Shown piece by piece: positions 46,509 to 55,846 of a stretch of DNA of 64,000 bases. Source of the DNA: an uncultured Gemmatimonadales bacterium (GTDB lineage: Bacteria; Gemmatimonadota; Gemmatimonadetes; Gemmatimonadales; GWC2-71-9); assembly GCA_963844035.1 (NCBI GenBank), contig CAWJMT010000003.1, positions 256,001 through 320,000 of the forward strand, written 5' to 3'. The notes beneath the pieces are model-generated. The model was given only the letters and a program-made list of their open reading frames with translations, searched no databases and was not told the origin of the DNA. The position numbers were made by a program, and so were the translations under genes. Position 1 is the first letter of the stretch. Each line of letters begins with the position of its first letter.

Positions 46509-47054
46509 ATGGCAGAACTAGTGAGCCACGGCATTATCGACAGTATTCGTGGGCGGATCCGAGATATTCCGGACTTCCCGAAGCCGGGGATCGTGTTCAA
46601 GGATATCACGCCGCTGTTGCTCGATGCCGCGTTGTTCCGCCAGGTGGTGGAGCGGATGGCCGCCCCGTTCAGAGGGCAGGGCACGTCACGGGTGATTGCG
46701 ATCGAGTCGCGCGGTTTCCTGTTGGGCGCCCCGATTGCGATGGCGCTGCAGGCGGGGTTGGTTCCCATCAGAAAGCCGGGGAAGCTCCCCGCGGCGCGGA
46801 ATCGCGTCGAGTACGCGCTCGAGTACGGGACCGACGCGCTGGAGATGCACCGCGACGCGGTCGCCCCAGGGGATCGCGTGCTGATCGTCGACGACGTCCT
46901 GGCGACGGGTGGGACCGCCCAGGGAGCTGCCCGGCTCGTGCGTGGACAGGGGGCCGCGTTGGTCGGGTTCAGTTTCCTCGTCGAGCTTGATTTCTTACGC
47001 GGCCGGGAGAAGCTTCAACAGGAGCGGGTGGAGGCCTTGCTTCACTACACGTAA
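46509..47054 (+). CDS. apt: Adenine phosphoribosyltransferase
   Basis: PDFPKPGIVFKDITP, ESRGF, RKPGKLP, VDDVLATGGT. Confidence 0.96.
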   Translation: MAELVSHGIIDSIRGRIRDIPDFPKPGIVFKDITPLLLDAALFRQVVERMAAPFRGQGTSRVIAIESRGFLLGAPIAMALQAGLVPIRKPGKLPAARNRVEYALEYGTDALEMHRDAVAPGDRVLIVDDVLATGGTAQGAARLVRGQGAALVGFSFLVELDFLRGREKLQQERVEALLHYT

Positions 47055-47092
47055 GCTCGCTAGTTTTAAAAGCTTAGCTGTTCCGGGACGAC

Positions 47093-47166
47093 GCCCCTGT
47101 AGCTCAGGTGGATAGAGCAGCGGTTTCCTAAACCGTTGGCCGGGTGTTCGAGTCACCCCAGGGGCA
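47093..47166 (+). tRNA. tRNA-Arg (CCT)
   Basis: GCCCCTG/CAGGGGC acceptor stem, GCGGT-TT-CCT-AA-ACCGT anticodon arm, GTTCGAGT T-loop; CCA not encoded. Confidence 0.95.
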
Positions 47167-47214
47167 CTGGGGTGCGACGAGCCGGATCCGGGTACGCATT
47201 TGAAGAGGACGAAC

Positions 47215-47901
47215 ATGGCCACATCAGCACCGGCGTCGCGGCGTGCCGCGACGTCTCCGCCACCCGACGACTCGGCGGCACTGACATCGGTAGCAACGTG
47301 GATCAAGGGGCATCGCCAGATCGCGAGTGCGATCGGGGCGGTGCTCGTGGTTGGCGGTGGGCTGCTGTGGTGGAATGGCATCTCGAGGAGCCGTACCGAG
47401 GCTGTTGCGGGGGAGCGTTTGTCCCAGGCTCGGCTGGCGTTCGATTCGCGCAACTATCCGCTGGCAGGAAGCGAGCTGTCCCAGGTAGTGGAAAACTACT
47501 CGGGCACCCGTGCCGCTCAGGAGGCGCAGCTGCTACTCGCCACCGTGCGCATGGCTCAGGGCCAGGAGCAGCAGGCGATCGATCAACTCAAGAAATTCGC
47601 GCCTGCGGCGGGCCCACATTTCCGCGCCCAAGCGTACGGCCTGCTGGGCGCCGCGTACGAGAATGCGGGTCAGTACAAGGACGCTGCCGAGGCGTATGAG
47701 ACGGCGGTGCCGTACGCCGAGTACGCATTCCTAAAGGCGCAGTACCTGTCGGACGCGGGGCGCAGCTGGGTGGCGCAGGGTGATACGGCCAAAGCGATTC
47801 TGGCGTACCGTACCATCGTGTCAAAGATGGATTCGACGGCGACCAGGAGTGAGGCGCAGGTGCGTTTGGGGGAATTGACCCGAGGGGCGGTGAGCCCTTA
47901 A
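47215..47901 (+). CDS. Membrane-anchored TPR protein (YfgM-like)
   Basis: Single TM segment (IGAVLVVGGGLLWW) followed by TPR helices. Confidence 0.75.
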   Translation: MATSAPASRRAATSPPPDDSAALTSVATWIKGHRQIASAIGAVLVVGGGLLWWNGISRSRTEAVAGERLSQARLAFDSRNYPLAGSELSQVVENYSGTRAAQEAQLLLATVRMAQGQEQQAIDQLKKFAPAAGPHFRAQAYGLLGAAYENAGQYKDAAEAYETAVPYAEYAFLKAQYLSDAGRSWVAQGDTAKAILAYRTIVSKMDSTATRSEAQVRLGELTRGAVSP

Positions 47902-47931
47902 GGCCGATGGATTAAGGTTCGTAGCCGGTCT

Positions 47932-47959
47932 ACTTCGTATAATAGATGTTATGTTAAGT
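47932..47959. other. dif: dif site (XerC/XerD chromosome dimer resolution)
   Basis: ACTTCGTATAA-TAGATG-TTATGTTAAGT, an 11-6-11 layout; right arm differs from E. coli TTATGTTAAAT by one base; AT-rich gap between convergent genes. Confidence 0.93.
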
Positions 47960-47988
47960 TGAACGCTATGTGAATGTTGAAAGACTGT

Positions 47989-48828
47989 CTAGATCATCAC
48001 CCCCCGAAACACCATCCGCGCCTCCCCCACAAGCCACACATCCTCGTACGCATCTGTTATCCCGCGTTGGCCCCTCACTACCAGCGGGCGGCCACTTCGC
48101 GTCCACAGGGTCACAGGAAGCGTCCCCAGGCCCCAGCGATCCAGCGTGCAGCCGACCGCGACGGCCCCGGTGCCACACGCGAGCGTCTCCCCTTCCACAC
48201 CACGCTCGTAGGTGCGCATCCGCCAGTCCGACGGGCCGGTGCCGGGGCTGACGAAGTTCACGTTGGCCCCAGCTGCCCCCAGAACGGGATCGTTCCGAAG
48301 CGCGCGGCCGCGGTGCTCAACATCGACCTGGCCCACGTCCCGGACCAGAACCACCAGATGCGGTACTCCCACCGTACTGAGGGCCGCCTGCTCCTCGCCC
48401 TCCGCCAAGTGGAGACGCGGCAGGGTCACCGGGACGCCAACCGGTGCGAGATGGAGTTCGGGCTGCCCGTCCGCACCTACCACGCGCACGTCGTAGGTAC
48501 CGGCATCGGTTTCGAGCCGTGCGACAGTGCCGTTCCCGAAGCCGATGTGGCCGGCGAGGCGGGTGGTGCAGAGGGCGGCGTTGCCGCACAGGGCGGCGCG
48601 GGACCCATCGCTGTTGAAGTAGACCATGCGGACCGCCTCGGGGCTCGCGCCGGGCTCGACGAACACGAGCCCGTCGGCGCCCAAACCGGTTCCCCGGGCG
48701 CATACCCCTCGGATATCGTCGGGAGTCCAGTCCGCCGGTCGGGACGTGCGACCGTCGATCATCACAAAGTCGTTCCCCGACCCCGTCATCTTGTAGACGG
48801 GGAGCCCGCTTAGATCCGGCCGGACCAC
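47989..48828 (-). CDS. dapF: Diaminopimelate epimerase
   Basis: KMTGSGNDF, GADG, NSDGS.AALCGN, GVPH, NVNF, ERGVEGETLACGTG. Confidence 0.95.
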   Translation of the reverse strand: MVRPDLSGLPVYKMTGSGNDFVMIDGRTSRPADWTPDDIRGVCARGTGLGADGLVFVEPGASPEAVRMVYFNSDGSRAALCGNAALCTTRLAGHIGFGNGTVARLETDAGTYDVRVVGADGQPELHLAPVGVPVTLPRLHLAEGEEQAALSTVGVPHLVVLVRDVGQVDVEHRGRALRNDPVLGAAGANVNFVSPGTGPSDWRMRTYERGVEGETLACGTGAVAVGCTLDRWGLGTLPVTLWTRSGRPLVVRGQRGITDAYEDVWLVGEARMVFRGVMI

Positions 48829-49532
48829 GCCATCAATCGGAGGCGCGGCACCATCCAGATTGCCTCGCGGACGATCGTGCGGTTCATCTTGCTCTGGCCC
48901 TCGGTCCGGTCGACGAACACGATAGGGATTTCTTTCAACTTGAATTTTTTTCGCCATGCGCGTGCGCTCATTTCAATTTGAAAGGCGTAGCCGTTCGAGC
49001 GGACCTGAGAAAGGTCGATCGCCTCGAGCACCTGCCTGCGAAAACACTTGAACCCTCCCGTCAGGTCCCAAATCGACAGGCCGATGACCCAGCGGGCATA
49101 GATATTCGCCGCGTAGGACAGGAGGAGGCGTGTCATCGGCCAATTGACCACCGTGACCCTCCCCCCAAGGTAGCGGGATCCGAGCACCAGATCAGCGTCC
49201 TCAATGGCCTTGAGAAAGTCCTTTAAGTGGGCGGGATCGTGGGAGAAGTCGGCGTCCATCTCGAACAGGTAGTCGTAGCCGTGCTCCAACGCCCACCGGA
49301 ACCCCGTGATGTAGGCGGTGCCGAGGCCCCGCTTCCCCTCCCGCTGTAGCACGTGCACCCGGGGGTCGAGCCTGGCCAGGTCCACCGCCATCTGACCGGT
49401 GCCGTCGGGGGAGTTGTCGTCCACGATGAGGACCTCGAGACGCGGGTCCTGGGCGAGGACCAGCGGGACGAGGTTGCCGATGTTCATGGCCTCGTTGTAG
49501 GTCGGAATAATGACCAGCGCCCGCTCAGCCAC
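48810..49532 (-). CDS. Polyprenol monophosphomannose synthase-like GT2 (Ppm1/DPM1 type)
   Basis: IPTYNE, VDDNSPDGT, GLGTAY, EMDADFSHDP, GYAFQIEM, FVDRTEGQSK. Confidence 0.92.
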   Translation of the reverse strand: MAERALVIIPTYNEAMNIGNLVPLVLAQDPRLEVLIVDDNSPDGTGQMAVDLARLDPRVHVLQREGKRGLGTAYITGFRWALEHGYDYLFEMDADFSHDPAHLKDFLKAIEDADLVLGSRYLGGRVTVVNWPMTRLLLSYAANIYARWVIGLSIWDLTGGFKCFRRQVLEAIDLSQVRSNGYAFQIEMSARAWRKKFKLKEIPIVFVDRTEGQSKMNRTIVREAIWMVPRLRLMAWSGRI

Positions 49533-51886
49533 CCTGGCCCGTCCCTTGAGTCCGGGCGCTCGCGCGACGCCGCACGGCGTCCGCGCCCACGGCAGCGAGT
49601 ACCCCCAGCAGCATCAGCAGGGTGATCATTCCGCCCCGCCGGAATCCCGGGGCTGAAAATGAAAGCTCGATCGACCGGGCGCCGGCCGGCAGGGGCACGG
49701 CCATCAGGGAGTGCTGGGCCCGAACGACGCGGGCCGGGCTGGCCATCGACCGTGGCGTGCCAGGCCGGGTGATAGTTCTCCGACACGAACAGATACGCCG
49801 GCGTCGCGCGTGGGGCGCCGAGATCGAAGCGAAGGGCGCCGGGGCGCAGCTCGTGCACCGCCACCGGCGCGGCCACCGGCTCGGGAATCTCGTGCCCTTC
49901 CAGCGACGCAAGACCGATGTGTTGGTCCGGGGACACGAGCAGGATGCGGCGGAGGTCGAACCGGTGATCCATCAGCGTCGGCCACGGTCTGCGAGTCGCC
50001 CAGCTGCAGGGCCTCCTCCACGAGGAAGGCATACGGGACGGGATCGGTGACGCGATAGAGATACGCGGCTTGGCCGTCCGCGGTCGCGAGCGGTCCGTCC
50101 CCCACCGGGGCCAGGAGCGTGGTGCTGATCGGCTCGTTGATGATCACGTACCGCACGGCCAGGAGTTTCAGCAGGTTGGGGCTGCCGATGTTGCGCCATT
50201 CATTCTTGCCACCGAGCAGCTCGTCATAGCGTTGCAGCTCGTTGCCGTGGTACCCGAGCACCGAGCGGACGCGCTGCGACATCAGGTAGTTCTCGAGCCC
50301 CTGGTACTCGTTGATGGACAGCACCCGGTAGACACCAGAGTCGCCTTGCAGCGTCTTGACGATCGCATCGGGCGCGAAGCTCTCCCGGGCCGGCGGGCTG
50401 AACTGGATGTAGCGGCGCTCGACGCTCCAGAGGTCGAGCAGCACCAGGCCACCCACGAGCAAGGCCCATCGGGCGCCGCCGATGCGGTTCGCAAGGCGAA
50501 CACTGCACAGCGGCGGCGGTCGCGCCGATCAAGATCAGGACGCGCACGGTGTCGGCCTGGAAGGCGGGATAGTTCGCCGTCACGGCGCCGATCCGCTGCG
50601 GATCGGCCAGGCCCCGCATGATCCCCTCAAATGCGCCCGCGAACCCCATGAGCACGGCAACGCCCGCGCCCCCGAGCCACCACCAGAGGGGAGTCTTGCG
50701 AGTGTCCGGTGCGGCGGTGAGCAGCGCCTGCGTCCCGAACGCGGCCAGCACCGCCGTACTGAACGCCGTGAGGAAAAAGATCATCGACGGCGCGCGCGTG
50801 AGCTTGATGCCGGGGAGAATCGCGTAGGGGATGTGGTAGAACGGGGTGTGTCCTCCCAGCGCGAACAGGATCCCGTAGGCAGCGAGGAACACGAAGAACC
50901 AGGCGAGGCGGCGCTTGTCCCGGAGATACGGGGCGAACGTTGCCAGCACGAGCACGACGGCGCCCAGGTACTCGCTGTGGAGCTTGAAGAAGTTGCGACC
51001 CCAATACTGGCCCAGAATCCCCGAGAAGGCCGGCCAGACCGTGTTGAGGAGCTCTTCGGGGGGCATGGACCACGACGTGGCGTATCCCCACCGGTCCGCC
51101 GATTCCTTCGCCGCTCCCCGTGCCGCGTAGGCGAGATACTCCTGAAACGGCACGAGCTGGACGGCGGCGATGCCGAAGGCGACGCACCAGCGCGAGGACG
51201 AACGGCAGCGCCGAGCGCCACCAGGGAGCCGCCGGCCGCTCGTCGCTCACGAACACCAGGAACGCCCAGAAGAACCCCGCGGCCATGAGCAGGAAGTACG
51301 TCATCTGGAAGTGGGGCGAGATCAGGCTCAATCCCACCGTGGCGCCGAAGTACAGATAGCGCCGCCAGTCGTTGCGCACCACGGCCTGGTACAGGAACAG
51401 CAACGCCAGCGGCAGCAGCGCGCTCACGAACAGCTTGCCGTCGTGGCCCGGGCTCACGAGCGAGACGACCTGCCCCGTGAACATGTAGGCCGCACCGCCC
51501 ACGAACGCCGCGCCCCATTCGAGCTTGAGGGTGCGCAGGAACAGGAAGGTGAACAGGCCCGCCAGCACGATGTGGAGCATGAATCCCAGCGTGATCCCCA
51601 CGTCCACCGGGAACACGAGGCGCAGCAGGAAGGTCGGGTAAAATACGTCGCCCCCGATCGCCCCGATGAACGGCATGCCGCCGAAGATGTAGGGATTCCA
51701 TTGCGGAAATCCGCCCACGTGATGCCAGTACTCGGACTCGAACAGTCGGAACGGATATCCGTTCCGCATGTCGCTCATGGGGTTGATGAGGAAGTGGCCG
51801 GTCCAAAACGGCCAGAACGCCACGGCGACGGCGAGCGCGTAGATCAGCGCCGCGCTGAGAACCGGGAAGCGTTCGCGCGGCGTCAT
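49525..51886 (-). CDS. YfhO-like multi-TM GT-C glycosyltransferase (several frame breaks)
   Basis: PQWNPYIFGGMPF, FYP, SPGHDGK, many TM segments, GYHGNEL, SENYHPAWHATVDG near the C-terminus. Confidence 0.78.
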
Positions 51887-52929
51887 GCGTTGCGCGGCGG
51901 GACGCCGCCCGGGAGTGCCATCACGACTCCTCCTGCGGCAAGCTCGAGCAGTGTGAGCCACACCCGGGACGCGACGGCCAGGATCACGGCGTCAGCCCCG
52001 CCGACGCCCACGGTCATCAAGGCTTTCACGAGTGCCGCCTCGCGCACGAGGAGTCCAGCGGGTGCGAAGACCGCGATAACGCCGGCGACGTAGCTCCCGG
52101 TGAATGCGGCGACGTAGTCGGACCACGATCCCGCCGGGCTGTCGAGCAGCCCCACGGCCAGGAGGCGGAACGCGGTGCCGTACAGGATCCAGGGGAGCAC
52201 CAGCATCACGGTGAACGCGCCGAGCTGGGCGGGCCGGAGCTGCGACCACAGCAGACCAACGGCCGGCACCCGGGCTTCGATCCACCGTCCCAGGCGCCCG
52301 CCCGGGCGCGGCAGCGCGAGCCCTACCGCCCCGAGGACCGCGGCCACCACGAGCGCCGCCTGCCACCAGCGCGCGTGCAGCACCGACGGGGTGAGCGCGG
52401 CGAGCACGAGCAGACCGGTAAAGAGGAGCACGATCTGCTCCAGCAGCACGGTCGCCGCGGCTGCCATCGTCGACAGGCCATACCGCCCCGACATCACCGC
52501 GAGGCTGGCGAACTGCCACACGGCACCGGGCAGAAAGCGGGCGAGGTTGGCGGTGAACCAGACCCGGGCCGCGTCGATGTAGCGGATCCGTTGGGCGCAC
52601 CAGCGCAGCGAAACCGTCCACGCGGCCAGGAGGAGGGCCAGGTTGGCCCACACGATGAGGGAGCCGGCGAGCAGCGGGATGGCATGCCAACTGAGGCGGC
52701 GGGCCTGAATGGCCGGCCAATGGGGAGCCGCCAACCGGACCAGATAGTATCCCGCGCCGACCAGAATCGCGATCTGCGCCACCCGCACCCACCACGTTGC
52801 TCCCCTGCCGGCCACGCGCGTCGTTGCGGGGATTCCCAGTGGGACCTCGATTGCCGGGGGTTGGGGTGATAGACCGTTTGCACGCGACTGAGGAGTGCCC
52901 GGGGCTCTCGTACCGGGCAAAGATACCAC
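51883..52929 (-). CDS. UPF0104 / LPG-synthase-TM flippase-like membrane protein (start uncertain)
   Basis: NLARFLPGAVW, FAPAGLLVREA, ASRVWLTLLE; multiple TM segments. Confidence 0.8.
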   Translation of the reverse strand: MVSLPGTRAPGTPQSRANGLSPQPPAIEVPLGIPATTRVAGRGATWWVRVAQIAILVGAGYYLVRLAAPHWPAIQARRLSWHAIPLLAGSLIVWANLALLLAAWTVSLRWCAQRIRYIDAARVWFTANLARFLPGAVWQFASLAVMSGRYGLSTMAAAATVLLEQIVLLFTGLLVLAALTPSVLHARWWQAALVVAAVLGAVGLALPRPGGRLGRWIEARVPAVGLLWSQLRPAQLGAFTVMLVLPWILYGTAFRLLAVGLLDSPAGSWSDYVAAFTGSYVAGVIAVFAPAGLLVREAALVKALMTVGVGGADAVILAVASRVWLTLLELAAGGVVMALPGGVPPRNA

Positions 52930-52956
52930 GACACCGGTGCATGCGCGACAAGGGGT

Positions 52957-52984
52957 TTGCCGTGGTTTGACGCGGGGCTATAGT
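52957..52984 (+). promoter_or_regulatory. Possible sigma70 promoter for the GT4 gene
   Basis: TTGCCG-16 nt-TATAGT, 9 nt before ATG 52994. Confidence 0.4.
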
Positions 52985-52993
52985 ACAGCCCCG

Positions 52994-54220
52994 ATGCGTA
53001 TCCTGCACGTCCTCACCGCCTTCCCGCGCTCCACGGACGACGTCATCGTACCCTGGCTGGTCGAGCTGCTGAAACACCTGCGCGCGGCGGGGCACGAGGT
53101 CGAAGTCCTGACCTCGGCATACAAGGGTGGCGGCAACCGCGAGTTCGCCGGAATCCCCGTGCACCGGTTCCGCTACTTTCCCGCGCGCTGGGAGGATTTG
53201 ACGCACGAAGAAGCGGCGCCCGACCGCATGCGACACTCCTGGCGCTACCGCATCATGCCGGTGTTCTACGTGGCGTGTGGCGCGTGGGCCGCGTGGCGGC
53301 TGGGGCGGCGGCAACGCTTCGACGTCGTGCACGTGCACTGGCCAGTGCCCCATGCGCTGTTCGGCTGGCTGATCCGGCGCGCCTGCGGCGCACGGCTGCT
53401 GTCGTCGTGGTACGGCGCCGAGCTGCGGTTGGTGAAAGGCTCCCTGCCCTGGCTGCGGCCGTTCGTCCGGTGGGCGCTCGAGACCTCCGACCAGGTGGTG
53501 GCGATCTCGTCTCACACGGCTCGCGAGATCGCAGCGGTCTCCGACGTCCAGCCGCGCATCATCCCCTACACGATCGGGTTCACCGCGGCGGGCGGGGCCG
53601 CGCCCCGGACCGCGCCGCGCGACGGGTTCGGCGTGCTGTTCGTCGGGCGGCTGGTCGAGCGCAAAGGGGTGCGCTATCTGATCGAGGCGGTGCAGCGGCT
53701 GTCTCCCGACCGGCGCGCGCGGCTGGTGATCATCGGTGACGGACCGGAGCGGCAGCGGCTGGAAGAACAGGCGCGGCGCAGCGGCCATGAGGGCCAGGTC
53801 GAGGTGCGGGGTCGCGTGTCCGACCGCGAGCTGCGCCAGGCGTATGCCGACGCGAGCGTGCTTCGTGTTGCCCGCGATCGTGGACACGCGGGGAGACACG
53901 GAAGGCCTGGGCGTCGTCTTGCTCGAAGCGATGAGCTATCGGGTCCCGGTGGTCGCGAGCGACCTGGGCGGGATCACGGACATCGTTACGCGCGGAGGAG
54001 ACGGGGCTCCTCGTGCCGCCGGCCGACGCCGCCGCCCTGGCGGCGGCGCTCGAGCGGCTGGCGGGGGATGCCGCGCTGGCCGACACGGCTCGGCGAAGCC
54101 GGGTACCGCGTCGTGCAGGAGCGCTTCAGCTGGCCGGCGATTCTTGCGCAGTGGGAGGCGTGCTATGCGGCGACGCTCCGGGCCCCGCGCTCCCTCAGCG
54201 GCGCTGCAGCAGAAAAATGA
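52994..54220 (+). CDS. Glycosyltransferase family 4 (compensating frame breaks 53860-54085)
   Basis: MRILHV, VHVHW, LFVGRLVERKG, GDGPE, TEGLGVVLLEAM in an alternate frame. Confidence 0.9.
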   Translation: MRILHVLTAFPRSTDDVIVPWLVELLKHLRAAGHEVEVLTSAYKGGGNREFAGIPVHRFRYFPARWEDLTHEEAAPDRMRHSWRYRIMPVFYVACGAWAAWRLGRRQRFDVVHVHWPVPHALFGWLIRRACGARLLSSWYGAELRLVKGSLPWLRPFVRWALETSDQVVAISSHTAREIAAVSDVQPRIIPYTIGFTAAGGAAPRTAPRDGFGVLFVGRLVERKGVRYLIEAVQRLSPDRRARLVIIGDGPERQRLEEQARRSGHEGQVEVRGRVSDRELRQAYADASVLRVARDRGHAGRHGRPGRRLARSDELSGPGGRERPGRDHGHRYARRRRGSSCRRPTPPPWRRRSSGWRGMPRWPTRLGEAGYRVVQERFSWPAILAQWEACYAATLRAPRSLSGAAAEK

Positions 54221-54896
54221 ACTGGTACTCCCAGGCGAGCGGGAGCAGCCTCCACGCCATCTCGAGCAGCCAGCCTTTGGCGGCGTAGGGGGGGGAGCGG
54301 CGGCGAGGATTGGAGCGCCACTTGACCGCATGCCAGCGATCGGGGACCACGCGCTGCACGCGCAGGCCGTGATCTTCGAAGGTGCGGGTCCACTCCTCGA
54401 GCGAGAGCAGGCGTTCGTTGATGTCCTGCTGCGCAGTGCCCTGCTGACCCATCAGCTTCCACCCGGCGAAATTCCGGTTGGGCACCATGATGCAGAAGTG
54501 CGCGTCCGCCTTGGCGACCCGCAACATCTCGCGCAGTCCCCGGCCGACGTCGAGAAAGTGCTCGAGCGAGCCGAGGCAGGTCACGAAGTCGCAGCTCGCA
54601 TCGCGGACGCAGAGGTCTTCCCCTGCACAGACGGCGACGGGAATCGCGGGTGATACCTGGTGCACGAGCCGCACCGCTGCATCCGAGAGATCCACGCCGT
54701 AGGCGGTGAGCCCGCGCTCGCGGGCGGCCCGGAGCAGAAATCCGGAGCCGCAGCTCACGTCGAGCAACGTCGCGCCGGGGCGGGCATCCAGCAGATCGAG
54801 CACCGGCGGATAGGCCTCGAATGGACGCATGCTGTCGAGGCCGAGCGACGCGTAGCGCCGGTTGTACCAGGAGCGAACTTCCTGTGCGCTGGGCAT
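54195..54896 (-). CDS. Class I SAM-dependent methyltransferase
   Basis: LLDVSCGSGFL, GVDLS, CLGSLEH, EMLRV. Confidence 0.88.
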   Translation of the reverse strand: MPSAQEVRSWYNRRYASLGLDSMRPFEAYPPVLDLLDARPGATLLDVSCGSGFLLRAARERGLTAYGVDLSDAAVRLVHQVSPAIPVAVCAGEDLCVRDASCDFVTCLGSLEHFLDVGRGLREMLRVAKADAHFCIMVPNRNFAGWKLMGQQGTAQQDINERLLSLEEWTRTFEDHGLRVQRVVPDRWHAVKWRSNPRRRSPPYAAKGWLLEMAWRLLPLAWEYQFIFLLQRR

Positions 54897-55846
54897 CAGC
54901 GCTTGTCGCGCAGCTGCTCCACCTCGCGCCGCAACGCCCGCAGCTCCTCGAGCGCACCCGCCACCATCTCGCCCACGAATCCAAAGCCAAACAGGATCAG
55001 GCCCGCCAGGACCAGCAGCATGATGAGGTTCAGGATCGGGCGGAACCCCACCCCGTAGACGTAGCGCTCCACCAGTGCGTAGACGCCGATCAGGAAGCCC
55101 AGCAAACACAGCAGGGCCCCGGACACGCCGAAGAACAGCATCGGCTTGCGGCCGAACCGCAGCTGGAACCACACCGAAAGCAGGTCGAGGACGCCGATCG
55201 GAATGCGCCCGATCCCGAATTTCGATTTGCCGGCGCGCCGTGGGTGCAGTGGGATCGGCCGTTCCGCGAGGCGGAACCCTTGCGTCGCGGCGATCACGAC
55301 CATGAAGCGGTGCCAGTCGGGCCGGCTGGGGATCCCGTCCATCACCTCACGGCGGAACGCCTTGACCGAGTTCAGGTCGGTGACGCGTACACCGAAGAGC
55401 CAGCGGCACAGGCCATTGTAGACCCAGGAGACGAACCGCTTGTCGTAGTGACCCTGTTTGGCGCCGGTAACCACGTCCGCCTCGCCCGCCAGGATGGGTG
55501 CCAGGAGGCCCGGGATGTCGGACGGCGCGTACTGCAGGTCCGCGGGATAGAACACCAGCACTCTGCCCCGCGCGGTTTCGGCGGCCGACTTGAGGGAGTC
55601 GGCGATCCCGCGCCGGCTGCGGTGCGTCACGACCTTCAGGAACGGGTTCGCCGCGGCGAGCTCGTGCAGCACGGCCGCCGAGCCGTCCTCACTGCCGTCG
55701 TTCACCACGACCAGCTCGCCGGCATACGGGAGGGTCGACAGGGCCTCCCGGGTTTGCCGCACGAACTCGGGGAGGTTGTCGGCTTCATCGTTGGCCGGGG
55801 CGAGAATGCTGACGTCGGGGATGACGACCGGGGTGGCGAGGCTCAT
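54896..55846 (-). CDS. GT2 glycosyltransferase, ArnC/DPM-like, two C-terminal TM helices
   Basis: PANDEADN, VNDGSEDGS, PADLQY, HPRRAGKSK, KPMLFFG. Confidence 0.88.
   Translation of the reverse strand: MSLATPVVIPDVSILAPANDEADNLPEFVRQTREALSTLPYAGELVVVNDGSEDGSAAVLHELAAANPFLKVVTHRSRRGIADSLKSAAETARGRVLVFYPADLQYAPSDIPGLLAPILAGEADVVTGAKQGHYDKRFVSWVYNGLCRWLFGVRVTDLNSVKAFRREVMDGIPSRPDWHRFMVVIAATQGFRLAERPIPLHPRRAGKSKFGIGRIPIGVLDLLSVWFQLRFGRKPMLFFGVSGALLCLLGFLIGVYALVERYVYGVGFRPILNLIMLLVLAGLILFGFGFVGEMVAGALEELRALRREVEQLRDKR

Noticed and set aside
47932..47943. ACTTCGTATAAT matches part of loxP, suggesting an engineered scar
   Set aside because: There is no inverted TATACGAAGTTAT arm; the right arm is the XerD consensus, so it is dif.
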